From contig CALFUV010000018.1 of assembly GCA_937929825.1 (NCBI GenBank), positions 1 to 38,680 of the forward strand: a DNA stretch of 38,680 nt. The letters are read 5' to 3'. Of the stretch, positions 9,437 to 18,848 are shown piece after piece (the first letter of the stretch is position 1; each line of letters opens with the position of its first letter). The notes beneath the pieces are model-generated. The model saw only the letters and a list, made by a program, of their open reading frames with translations, was not told where the DNA came from and searched no databases. The position numbers were made by a program, and so were the translations under genes. Origin of the DNA: an uncultured Patescibacteria group bacterium. Lineage in GTDB: Bacteria > Patescibacteriota > Patescibacteriia > Veblenbacterales > UBA10138.

Positions 9437-10063
9437 ATGCCAACAAAATTATTAATAGCTACTCACAATCAAGCAAAGTATGCGGAATTTTCAACCCTGC
9501 TTAGTAGATTTAATTTTGATTTAGTTTCATTAAAAGATATTGGTATTAGCCAAGAGGTAGCAGAGAATGAGCTGACATTTAAAGCTAATGCTGAAAATAA
9601 AGCTAAAATTTATTGTAAATTAAGCGGATTGCCAACTATTACTGATGATGGCGGTTTAGAAATTAAAGTTTTGGGTGGCTGGCCCGGTGTTTATTCCCGT
9701 CGTATTTGGGGCCCGCATAAACGATCAGGCACTGATGAAGAAATAATAAATGAAGTTTTAAAACGTTTACAAGGAGTACCTTTTGAGCAGAGAAAATGCC
9801 AATTTACTGCTGTAGTATCTTTGGCGGTTACACCAAACAGGGTTATTTCAGTTGAGGGCAAGGAAGATGGTTATATTGCCGAACAAGCCAGTGAACACAG
9901 GACCTCCGGTTTTCCTTTTCGCGCGCTTTTTTATTTGCCTAAATACGGAAAAATAGCGGCGGAATTGGATAAAAATGGCCGGCTGTCAGACTTTATGACA
10001 CATCGAAAACAGGCTATAATAAAACTTGAACCTTATTTAAAACAATTAATTAATTATGCTTAA
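9437..10063 (+). CDS. rdgB: Non-canonical purine NTP pyrophosphatase (Ham1/RdgB family)
   Basis: LLIATHNQAKYAEF N-terminus and TDDGGLEIKVLGGWPGVYSRR match the RdgB/ITPase signature. Strong Shine-Dalgarno (gaggaggagg) upstream. Confidence 0.75.
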   Translation: MPTKLLIATHNQAKYAEFSTLLSRFNFDLVSLKDIGISQEVAENELTFKANAENKAKIYCKLSGLPTITDDGGLEIKVLGGWPGVYSRRIWGPHKRSGTDEEIINEVLKRLQGVPFEQRKCQFTAVVSLAVTPNRVISVEGKEDGYIAEQASEHRTSGFPFRALFYLPKYGKIAAELDKNGRLSDFMTHRKQAIIKLEPYLKQLINYA

Positions 10064-10232
10064 GTTATTTAAGTTTTTTAATAGTTTTTAACCTTATAAC
10101 TGGCCGGTTTGTAATGTACGATTTATTAACAATAAGAAAAAAGTATTGGTTATTTTGCCAAAGCAATATGTTTCTAAGACGGACAACATCGTCAATTAAG
10201 ATTTAAATCTTGTTGGTATAAATAAATTATTT

Positions 10233-11468
10233 ATGCTTGATATTAAATACATTCGTGAACATTCAGAAGAAGTTAAAAAGGGTATAGAAGCCAAAGGAGT
10301 TAAAGTTGATATTTCTCAAATTTTAGAGCTGGATAACAAACGTCGGGAATTACAAGTAATAGTAGATGAATTGCGTCAACGGCAAAAAATATTTACTGTC
10401 GCCGAACGTGAGCAAGCCAAGGAAAATAAAGATGAACTCAGACTTAAAGAACAAGAGTTAGCATTATTGCTCGGTCAATTAGAAGCAGCTTTAAGACAGT
10501 TGCCTAATTTACCCAAACCTGATGTGAAAGTAGGAGAGAGCGAGGCGGATAACGAGATAATTAGAACTGTTGGTAAAATTCCTAAATTCAAATTTCAACC
10601 CAAAGATTATCTGGAATTAGCTAAAATACATGATTTAATTGATATTGAACGAGCTGCTAAAGTATCAGGTTCTCGTTTTGGTTATTTAAAAAATGAAGCG
10701 GTTTTGCTTGAATTTGCTTTAGTACAATATGGTTTAGAGATTACACGTAAACATGGTTTTATCCCCATAGTGCCACCAGTGCTTATAAGTGAGCAGGCTA
10801 TGCAAGCAATGGGATATTTAGAGCATGGCGGGGAAGAAGAAACATATCATTTAATTAAAGATAAACTTTATCTCACAGGCACTAGTGAACAATCAGTTGG
10901 GCCTATGCATATGAATGAAACTTTTAATTTAAATGAATTACCTAAACGTTATGTAGCTTTTTCTTCTTGTTTTAGAAGCGAAGCCGGTTCCTATGGCAAG
11001 GATACCAAAGGAATTTTACGTGTACACCAGTTTGATAAATTAGAAATGGTAGTTTTTACCACTCCACAGGAATCAGACCTTGAACACGAAAAGTTACTAG
11101 CGATTGAAGAGGAATTAATGCAAGCCTTAAAATTACCTTATCAAGTGGTTAAAATGTGCACGGCTGATCTGGGTGATCCAGCGGCTCGTAAATATGATAT
11201 TGAAACCTGGATACCATCAGAAGGTCGCTATCGGGAAACTCATTCTTGTTCTACCACGACAGATTTTCAAGCTAGGCGTTTAAATACACGTTATAAAACA
11301 GCCGAGGGGAAATATGAATTTATTCATTTATTAAATGGTACTATTTTTGCTATTGGCCGCACTATTATTGCTATATTGGAAAATTATCAGCAAGCGGACG
11401 GCACAATTGAGATCCCTAAAGTTTTGCGTCCTTATATGGGTAAAATTAAACTGATTGGCAAAATATGA
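10233..11468 (+). CDS. serS: Seryl-tRNA synthetase
   Basis: N-terminal coiled-coil arm, class II core with FRSEAGSYGKDTKGILRVHQFDKLE (motif 2) and GTIFAIGRTIIAILENYQ (motif 3). Confidence 0.85.
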   Translation: MLDIKYIREHSEEVKKGIEAKGVKVDISQILELDNKRRELQVIVDELRQRQKIFTVAEREQAKENKDELRLKEQELALLLGQLEAALRQLPNLPKPDVKVGESEADNEIIRTVGKIPKFKFQPKDYLELAKIHDLIDIERAAKVSGSRFGYLKNEAVLLEFALVQYGLEITRKHGFIPIVPPVLISEQAMQAMGYLEHGGEEETYHLIKDKLYLTGTSEQSVGPMHMNETFNLNELPKRYVAFSSCFRSEAGSYGKDTKGILRVHQFDKLEMVVFTTPQESDLEHEKLLAIEEELMQALKLPYQVVKMCTADLGDPAARKYDIETWIPSEGRYRETHSCSTTTDFQARRLNTRYKTAEGKYEFIHLLNGTIFAIGRTIIAILENYQQADGTIEIPKVLRPYMGKIKLIGKI

Positions 11469-11534
11469 AATTTAATCAAGTTATAAAAGTTTAAAATCTA
11501 TCTATGAATACCCTGATGCAAAAAGAAAAATTTT

Positions 11535-12617
11535 ATGCCTAAGAAAAAAATACGAATAGGAGTTTTGTTTGGTGGTCGGTCAGCGGAACATGAGGTATCT
11601 TTAGTATCAGCTGAATCAGTCATGAAAAATTTGGATAGGGGGAAATATGAGGTTATACCAATTGGCATAGATAAATTTGGACGGTGGCTTAGGGGACGTA
11701 AGGCAATGCAGATTCTTAAAGCTGGTAAGAATTTTAAATTAAGAAAAAGTCAAGCAATTTTACCTGAACCCGGCAACAAAAAAATTGATGTTGTTTTTTC
11801 GCTTATTCATGGTACTTTTGGCGAGGATGGAGCTTTACAGGGTTTATTAGAATTGGCAGATTTGCCTTATGTGAGCGCTGGAGTTTTAGGCAGTGCTGTA
11901 GGTATGGATAAAATAATTCAAAAACAGATTTATCAAGCAGTGGGTATACCTACACCTCAATTTGATTATTTTACAGCTGGCGAATTTAAAGAATCTTCTC
12001 ATTTTATTTTACGACGCTTAAAAAAATTAGGTTTACCGGTTTTTGTCAAACCGGCTAATGCCGGCTCTTCTATTGGTATTACTAAAGTAAAACAGGGGAT
12101 TAATTTACAATCGGCGATCAGGTTAGCTTTAAAATATGATCGCCGCATTATAGTTGAAAAAGCCATACCTAGGCCTATGGAAATAGAGGTTTCTATTTTA
12201 GGCAATGATAATCCACGGACCTCAATTTTAGGACAAATTGTTCCTTCCAATGAATTTTACGATTATGATGCTAAATATGTTGACGGTAAATCTAAATCTA
12301 TTATTCCGGCTCGGTTATCGCCGGTAGTTACAAAGACGATACAAGATTTAGCTATAAAAGCATATCAAGCTTTAGATTTAGCTGTGATGGCCAGAGTTGA
12401 TTTTTTGGTAAGTTCTGATGATCAGAAGGTGTATCTTAATGAAGTTAACACTATACCAGGTTTTGTTTCTATTAGTATGTACCCCAAATTATGGTCAGCT
12501 TCAGGATTGCCCTATTCTAGATTATTAGATGAATTAATAAGGTTATCTTTGATTCGATATAAAACCCGTTCAAGTTTACTTGCCTCTTATAAACCTAAAG
12601 CTAAATGGTATCTTTAG
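11535..12617 (+). CDS. ddl: D-alanine--D-alanine ligase
   Basis: ATP-grasp motifs (FVKPANAGSSIGI, EVNTIPG). N-terminal IGVLFGGRSAEHEVS is typical of Ddl. Confidence 0.85.
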   Translation: MPKKKIRIGVLFGGRSAEHEVSLVSAESVMKNLDRGKYEVIPIGIDKFGRWLRGRKAMQILKAGKNFKLRKSQAILPEPGNKKIDVVFSLIHGTFGEDGALQGLLELADLPYVSAGVLGSAVGMDKIIQKQIYQAVGIPTPQFDYFTAGEFKESSHFILRRLKKLGLPVFVKPANAGSSIGITKVKQGINLQSAIRLALKYDRRIIVEKAIPRPMEIEVSILGNDNPRTSILGQIVPSNEFYDYDAKYVDGKSKSIIPARLSPVVTKTIQDLAIKAYQALDLAVMARVDFLVSSDDQKVYLNEVNTIPGFVSISMYPKLWSASGLPYSRLLDELIRLSLIRYKTRSSLLASYKPKAKWYL

Positions 12618-13489
12618 TAAAAAATACCAAATCTCGTCGGCCTATTAGACGCCGTGATTTTGCTACCACTAGTTATGAGGCGCCTTTGGTGACAAAAAGA
12701 TTATCGCGGGCTTATCAAAAAAATCACCAGAAATCGTGGCGTTTTTGGTTAGTTATGTGCTCAATTTTCTTATTTAGCGGCTTAATAATCGGTTTTTTAT
12801 ATGCGCCTATTTTCAGTATAAAAAATATAATAATCAATAATGTAGGGTTTAAGCCAACGGAAGAGAGATTAAACCAGATATTAAATGACTATATGAAGAC
12901 TAGTCGATGGTATATATTTCCTCAGAAAAATCTGATTTTTTTCAGCCCTAGCGAAGCCCGTAAAATTTTATCTTCAGAATTTTATATTGAAGAGGTTGTT
13001 TTTAAAAAACATTGGCCTAACGTACTTAAAATTAATGTGGCTAAAAATGTGATAGTCGGTGTGTTTAAATCTGAAAATAGCAGTTTTTTGCTGGATAGGC
13101 GAGGCTTATTAGTACAGCAGGTTAATAATACTTTGGAAAATGATAAACGACTACCGGTGATAGTGGAAAAAAACGGATCGGCTAGAAGTTTGGGAGAAGC
13201 TGTTTTGGAGATAAATTTGGTTCAGTTTATTGATGATCTTTATGAGCTTTGGAATATCTCGTGGCCTGAAATGCCTTTTTTATATATTACAGTGGAAAAA
13301 AATTCTTTGCCAACCATGCAAATCAATATGCCTGAAGGTTGGTATGTTAATGTTACAGGAGAATCATCAGCTGTTGATCAGGTTAATAATCTAAAACGTT
13401 TGTTAGAAGAAAGAATAAAAGATGATAAATCAAAACTACAATATATTGATGTACGTTTTGGTAACCGTTTATATTTTAAACTAAAATAA
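12605..13489 (+). CDS. ftsQ: Cell division protein FtsQ/DivIB-like (cytoplasmic tail, one TM, POTRA-like region)
   Basis: Overlaps the ddl stop by 13 nt, matching the classic ddl-ftsQ order. Basic N-terminus and TM segment (FWLVMCSIFLFSGLIIGFL). Sequence similarity to FtsQ itself is weak. Confidence 0.55.
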   Translation: MVSLVKNTKSRRPIRRRDFATTSYEAPLVTKRLSRAYQKNHQKSWRFWLVMCSIFLFSGLIIGFLYAPIFSIKNIIINNVGFKPTEERLNQILNDYMKTSRWYIFPQKNLIFFSPSEARKILSSEFYIEEVVFKKHWPNVLKINVAKNVIVGVFKSENSSFLLDRRGLLVQQVNNTLENDKRLPVIVEKNGSARSLGEAVLEINLVQFIDDLYELWNISWPEMPFLYITVEKNSLPTMQINMPEGWYVNVTGESSAVDQVNNLKRLLEERIKDDKSKLQYIDVRFGNRLYFKLK

Positions 13490-13961
13490 TCTTATAAATA
13501 TTTTGCGACGCTTGAGCAATATAATATCTTTAGAGAATAATCAGAAATTAGAAACATAAATCAAAAATATTTGTATTGAAGAATTCTGAACTTAAAAATA
13601 AGTTTATTTTAATTTACAGCCAGTAACAGAAAATGATTGTATATTTGCTCAAACACAGTAAAATTAATTCAAATAAACAACTAATTAAACTAATAGCTAA
13701 AGAAGGAGCTTAAGAGTTTTTTATTTGTGTTAGTTAATTAATATGAGAGTTGATAATATTAAACTCTTAAAGAGTCTACGAGTCTACGATGAGGAATTTA
13801 TTTTAAACTAGAGGATTATCTAGATTTTAAAATTAGGTGTTGGGGTCATCAGGAGAATTAAATTAATTAAGTAAAAAGGCATATATTATTTTATTTGTGA
13901 ATTTGCTTTATTTTAAAGAATATGATAAACTGAGTATAATATCCCTTACACTCAATTAAAT

Positions 13962-14921
13962 ATGTCTCCAAAAAATCATCAAACCCCAGAGGTACTTCCC
14001 CATGTAGACGACTTTTTATTATTTTTACAAACCAATAATTATTCTCCGGAAACAGTTTATAATTATGAACGTGATCTAGGCGTTTTGGCTGATTTTATAA
14101 AAGATTTAGGAATAAGTTTTAATAGGCTGGATAAAAAACATATTGAACGATATAAAGCTTACCTTACCTCTCGAGATAGGCGTACTAATGCCCAACGCTT
14201 AACTGAAATTAGATTAAAAAGTTATTCTATTAATCGTATGCTTTCCAGTTTACGCGCCTTTTTACGTTATTTAATTGAATTGGATTATCCTACTCCCCTG
14301 CCGCCAGAAGCTGTTAAGCTGGTTAAAACAGAACGCAAACACCCTCAAGTAGCTGAATTACAAGAGTTGGTAAAATTAATTGAATCGCCAACAAGTTTGG
14401 AAAAAAATAAATTAATTGCCGCTCGTAACCGCGCTTGTTTGGAAGTTTTATTTGCTACCGGTATGCGTATTTCAGAACTTATTAATTTAAACAGGAGTCA
14501 AATTGACGCCACGGGCCGTATTTTTATTACCGGTAAGGGTAAAAAACAACGTTTTGTGTATTTAACTCCGCGAGCCATGAAACAGCTTGAATTTTATATT
14601 AAAACCCGTTTAGATAAATTACCGGCTCTTTTTATTCCTTATCGGGGTGAAAATGCCGGTAAGACTAATAAACGACTTTCCGCAAATTATTTACAAATGA
14701 AAATTAAACAGTATCGCGAACAATTAGGCATAAATGTACCTACCTCTGCTCACAGTTTACGTCATGGTTTTGCCACTTATTTAGCAGAGCAAGGAGCTAA
14801 TCCGGCAGCTATTCAAATTTTACTTGGTCATGAGTCTTTAGATACTACCACCCGTTATGTCCACGCTTCAGATCGTTATGCTGAATCAACTCACCATCAA
14901 TTTCATCCTTTAAAACAATAA
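13962..14921 (+). CDS. xerC: Tyrosine site-specific recombinase, XerC/XerD-like
   Basis: C-terminal catalytic signature HSLRHGFATYLAEQG...LLGHESLDTTTRYVH (R-H-R-Y family). 319 aa, N-terminal SAM-like core-binding domain. Confidence 0.8.
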   Translation: MSPKNHQTPEVLPHVDDFLLFLQTNNYSPETVYNYERDLGVLADFIKDLGISFNRLDKKHIERYKAYLTSRDRRTNAQRLTEIRLKSYSINRMLSSLRAFLRYLIELDYPTPLPPEAVKLVKTERKHPQVAELQELVKLIESPTSLEKNKLIAARNRACLEVLFATGMRISELINLNRSQIDATGRIFITGKGKKQRFVYLTPRAMKQLEFYIKTRLDKLPALFIPYRGENAGKTNKRLSANYLQMKIKQYREQLGINVPTSAHSLRHGFATYLAEQGANPAAIQILLGHESLDTTTRYVHASDRYAESTHHQFHPLKQ

Positions 14922-15076
14922 TTTAAGAAAAATATTTTAAGCAATCCCAATTTAACAAGTTAATTTGACATTTTTTTATTATTTAATTAAGGTAAGATGT
15001 TACAAATATTATAATATTTTGTAATTAAATAAATAACGTAAATTAACAATTTAACAAACAAAAGTAGGAGTAAAAA

Positions 15077-17566
15077 ATGGACATGGTATTAACACTCATT
15101 GTTATATTGGTGCCTATATTGATTGTGGCGTGGGCCCTGCATCGTTTTGGGTTTGCTGAATCAGCCATTGCTATAGACGCTGATATTTATGCTAATGCTA
15201 ATAATCAGTTATCTAAGCAATCAGCTATCTTGGATAATTCTGATTATACATCTGAAAATATCCGAAAATATTGGCAAAAACCAAAATCGGCCGCCATGAC
15301 TGTTAGACGTTTCACCGGTTTACTGGTAACAGGAGCCATAATTGTTCTTTTTACCTTCAATAACCCGTCATTTTCAAATATATTCTTAGGTTTGCTTTTG
15401 GGCATACCAGTTGGCATATATTTGAATCCCGGAAATATTTTTAATGTTCCTTACGGGCACTACATAAAGTGGTACCGGATATTCAGTTTGAAGGGGCAAG
15501 CCAGGCAAATAATGTCCTTCCATGGCGAAGCTGGTTGGCAACCTCATAAAAAATTACCAGGCTGGCGGTATGTAATTGTCGCTTGGAATAACATTAGCTT
15601 TTTCCGGTTTACCCAAGTGCCTACCGGTAAGATTTGGTATTTAATATCGCGTATTGGGGAAACCCTACCTCCGGGCAGGAAAACCGGGCGTGTTATGCCG
15701 GCTAAATTTATGGATCAGGAAGTGGAACAAACATACTTTTATGAAAATCCGGCTGCCTTTTTTGCCGTTAATGGGCAAATTGGCCGACAGCGTTCTTTTC
15801 TTACCCCCGGCTATATTGGCCCTATTGATTTAGTGGCTTTTATAGTAGATGATGGTAATAATTTGACAGAATCAGCTTCTGATAAAGGTTTTTATGAGCC
15901 TTATCTTGTGCCAGATAACAAGTTTGGTATGGTTACGTGTCTTGATTCTGCATATCAAATACCTGAAGGGGCTAATTTTGCCCGCTTGGGAGGTTTTACT
16001 GATATTGAGGCTTTAATAGCCAAAAATATCAGTCAAGAAGAAGTTGATACAAAATTTTCTGAAGCAGATCTTGCCAGAGCAAAACAATTGTTAAAAGATG
16101 ATCAGGGAATAACCAGAACCGCAATTCGTATCGATTTAAAAGACAAAGATGAAAAAATAACCAAAAAAGAAGATATTTTTCGTTATAGTGAATATGATGA
16201 GAGAAAAATTGCCGGCGAATGTTTGCGGCTTTTACTGCAAGGTCCTCCGCCTGAAGTAGCTGACTTTCAAAATATTCAAAAATTTGATGAGTTAAAAGGA
16301 TCGGTTGGACCTTATTGGCAGCTTATTCGTCCGGGCAGATTGTTGAATCTTAATCGTTTTGTGTTTGATATCAGTTTAGTTGATCCTCTCACAGTTGACC
16401 CGGGTACTTGCGAAGTAATGATTTTGTCAACAGGTGCTTTAACGAGAGATATAACCCAAAAAGGCTTTGCGGCTGGTAAAATAGTCAGGGTAGGTGGTCA
16501 TGGTATAAATATAAAAGCTCTTGAGCCTGGCCAATATCCTCTACCCGGCGCGTTAGTGGTTGACAGTGTTAATCCTATACGACGACGAGGAAGATTATTT
16601 GATTTGGTTACTGTTCCTACTCGTAAAATACCCTTATTTTTTGGAGGATCAGTAGGTTATAATATTTGGGATAATGGCTTGGAACAGGTACGCGAACGTT
16701 CGCGTGATGGTATTTGGGTGGCATTTGACTTTAATGTCATAATTACCATTCCTGCCGAATCAGCCGCTATAATTGTGGCTGAATTTGGTACTCCCCTAGA
16801 ATTTATTTCTGAGGTTATAGCCGCTACTCTTTATGGGGTGACAGTTGAATATATTAGGTCTAATGATGTTGATAACATCGTTAAGCAAAATTTACCTGAT
16901 AATAAAGAAGATGAGCCTGACGAACATGGAAATAAGGGGGTTTTGAAGATATTGTATAAAAGTTTAAAAGAGGCAATTTCTAACAGGTATGGTGTAATTT
17001 TGCATCAAGTGCGCATGGAGCACTTTGACGCCGAAGATTATTTGGAAGTATTGGGCAATAAGTCAAAAGCAGAAGCCCAAAGACAAGTCTATGAAGTGGA
17101 GGAAAAAACCCAAGCTTCACTAGAAAGTCTAAATATAGCCAAAGCCAAAGCCGAGGTGGCTTTGGTTAATCAAAGGGCTTCAAGTTATTCTGATATTTCT
17201 GAAAAACTTAATGCTATCATGGATAAGCTGGTTGCAAGGGTTGAAAAGATGGGTAAATCAGGTATTCCATTAACTAATGACCACATTGTCACTATGGTCA
17301 GACAGTTGATGCTGGATGACTATGCTTTAGTCATTACAGGACCAGAAGGAATTCCTTTTTCCCGTGCTCTTGGTATGATTACCGGCACTACCGGTACCCA
17401 AGCTATTGTTAGTCAGTTTTCTGCTAGTGGTGACGGACAGCAAGGTAATATGCTTTTAGCTATGCTAATGAAATTAGCAGAGCAGCTATCTGACAAAATT
17501 AAACAACCTCTTAATATAAATGAGATAGCTGAAAAGTTAGATTCAGAAAAAATTAAAAATAAATAA
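15077..17566 (+). CDS. Large (829 aa) membrane protein, possibly SPFH/band-7 (flotillin-like) with a C-terminal Ala/Lys/Glu-rich coiled-coil
   Basis: Two or three N-terminal TM helices. A central beta-rich region (DGIWVAFDFNVIITIPAESAAIIVAEFG...YIRSNDVDNIV) fits the SPFH pattern as in HflK. C-terminal AKAKAEVALVNQ-type coiled-coil. The call is by eye only. Good SD (aggag) upstream. Confidence 0.35.
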   Translation: MDMVLTLIVILVPILIVAWALHRFGFAESAIAIDADIYANANNQLSKQSAILDNSDYTSENIRKYWQKPKSAAMTVRRFTGLLVTGAIIVLFTFNNPSFSNIFLGLLLGIPVGIYLNPGNIFNVPYGHYIKWYRIFSLKGQARQIMSFHGEAGWQPHKKLPGWRYVIVAWNNISFFRFTQVPTGKIWYLISRIGETLPPGRKTGRVMPAKFMDQEVEQTYFYENPAAFFAVNGQIGRQRSFLTPGYIGPIDLVAFIVDDGNNLTESASDKGFYEPYLVPDNKFGMVTCLDSAYQIPEGANFARLGGFTDIEALIAKNISQEEVDTKFSEADLARAKQLLKDDQGITRTAIRIDLKDKDEKITKKEDIFRYSEYDERKIAGECLRLLLQGPPPEVADFQNIQKFDELKGSVGPYWQLIRPGRLLNLNRFVFDISLVDPLTVDPGTCEVMILSTGALTRDITQKGFAAGKIVRVGGHGINIKALEPGQYPLPGALVVDSVNPIRRRGRLFDLVTVPTRKIPLFFGGSVGYNIWDNGLEQVRERSRDGIWVAFDFNVIITIPAESAAIIVAEFGTPLEFISEVIAATLYGVTVEYIRSNDVDNIVKQNLPDNKEDEPDEHGNKGVLKILYKSLKEAISNRYGVILHQVRMEHFDAEDYLEVLGNKSKAEAQRQVYEVEEKTQASLESLNIAKAKAEVALVNQRASSYSDISEKLNAIMDKLVARVEKMGKSGIPLTNDHIVTMVRQLMLDDYALVITGPEGIPFSRALGMITGTTGTQAIVSQFSASGDGQQGNMLLAMLMKLAEQLSDKIKQPLNINEIAEKLDSEKIKNK

Positions 17567-17586
17567 AATAATAAAATAATAATTTT

Positions 17587-17618
17587 CCCCGATCAGAAGG
17601 AGCTGGTCGGGAATTTTT
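17587..17618. terminator. Bidirectional rho-independent terminator between convergent genes: 9-bp stem cccgatcag/ctggtcggg, loop aaggag, T5 downstream, A/T-rich upstream
   Basis: Hairpin read from sequence, sitting in the 82-nt gap between the stop of the 829-aa gene (+) and the stop of the M23 peptidase gene (-). Confidence 0.6.
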
Positions 17619-17648
17619 ATTTATCTCTCCCCTATCTCCACTTTAGTT

Positions 17649-18848
17649 TTAAGGCAGGTAATCCAAAGGGTTTACTGGAAGGCCATTAACTCTGATTTCA
17701 AAATGTAAATGTGGCCCGGTGGTTAAACGGCCGGCTCCGGGAGTGCCGGGCATACCGCCCACAGCGCCAATTATTTGTCCGCGCGTTACATATGAGCCTT
17801 CTTTAACATCAATTCGGCTAACATGGCCATAAACAGTGGCTAAGCCGTCTTTATGTACCAACATAATATAACTGTAGCCAAGGCCAGCATCATGAGCCCG
17901 ACCTACATAGCCTGAAGCAGCAGCTTTAATATCCGAACCTTGAGGACGCGGAATATCAATGCCGGGATGTTCAAAATAACGTCTAAAAATATAAGTAGGG
18001 TCGTAAAAGTAAGTTGATAAGCCGCGAGAGGGCGTTACCGGCCAAATAAAATTGGTATCACCTAACTGATTTAAAGCTTCTTTGCCTTGTAATTGCAGTC
18101 TTTTTCTAATTTCAGCTTCTAGGGCGGTTATTTCCCGATTAGCCTGTTGCATTTCTAATTCAGTTTGTGCTAGTAGTGACTGATATCTATTTTCTGATTG
18201 ACGAGTAAGCTGTAATAAATTTTGCTTGCTTTGTTGTTCATTTTCTAAAGCGGCTTTAGCTAATTCTGTTTCTTCCCGTGATTTAACCAGCTGCACCCGG
18301 TAACTAGCCAAATCCTGCTGGCGGCGTTCTAATTCTGTTTTTATTTGACGCAATTGATTAATATCGCGTTTTATTGAACGTTCCAGTTCTTCCAAATGAT
18401 TAAGTTGATCAAAAAAAGAAGATATGGAGGCGTTGAGTATCATAACTTCCAACAAGCTTTTTTGATCAGCCTGATGTAGTTGCCTAATTAGCTCCCCTAC
18501 TTGATTTTTTTTATTGGCAATATTTTGTTCGTGTTGGGCAATATCTAAGCTAACAGCTTGAATTTGCAGAGTTACGGTATTTAGCTTGAGTTCATTAGCT
18601 TCCAACTCCAGTTCCGCTTTAGCAATTTTATCATCCAAAACTTCCAGTTGGCGTCTTAAAGTAGTGGCTTGCGTCTGTTTTTCTATTACCGCACTTTGAT
18701 AATCGTTTATGCTTTTCTTTAATTTTTCCAATTCCTGTTGTTTGGTTTGAATTTGACTATTTATTTCGCTAATCGTTGTTTGAGCTGTTAAGCTCGAACC
18801 AGCTACTAGCCCCAAAAATATCAGAATAATAATTTTTTTATAAGACAT
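17649..18848 (-). CDS. M23 (LytM-type) metallopeptidase with long N-terminal coiled-coil; EnvC-like murein hydrolase or activator
   Basis: Signal/TM at N-terminus, about 250 aa of heptad-rich coiled-coil, C-terminal M23 domain (HPGIDI..., GYVGRAH, GPHLHFEIRVNG). Confidence 0.8.
   Translation of the reverse strand: MSYKKIIILIFLGLVAGSSLTAQTTISEINSQIQTKQQELEKLKKSINDYQSAVIEKQTQATTLRRQLEVLDDKIAKAELELEANELKLNTVTLQIQAVSLDIAQHEQNIANKKNQVGELIRQLHQADQKSLLEVMILNASISSFFDQLNHLEELERSIKRDINQLRQIKTELERRQQDLASYRVQLVKSREETELAKAALENEQQSKQNLLQLTRQSENRYQSLLAQTELEMQQANREITALEAEIRKRLQLQGKEALNQLGDTNFIWPVTPSRGLSTYFYDPTYIFRRYFEHPGIDIPRPQGSDIKAAASGYVGRAHDAGLGYSYIMLVHKDGLATVYGHVSRIDVKEGSYVTRGQIIGAVGGMPGTPGAGRLTTGPHLHFEIRVNGLPVNPLDYLP

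Noticed and set aside
10064-10232. Possible T-box leaders upstream of serS, proS and lysS
   Set aside because: The upstream regions are 40-170 nt (except proS), and none contains the conserved T-box sequence (AAUUAGGGUGGNACCGCG) or a recognisable specifier-loop/antiterminator arrangement.
14965-15015. Promoter for the 829-aa gene (TTGACA at 14965-14970; perfect TATAAT at 15010-15015)
   Set aside because: The two hexamers are 39 nt apart and neither has a convincing partner at 16-18 nt spacing. Left as unassigned.
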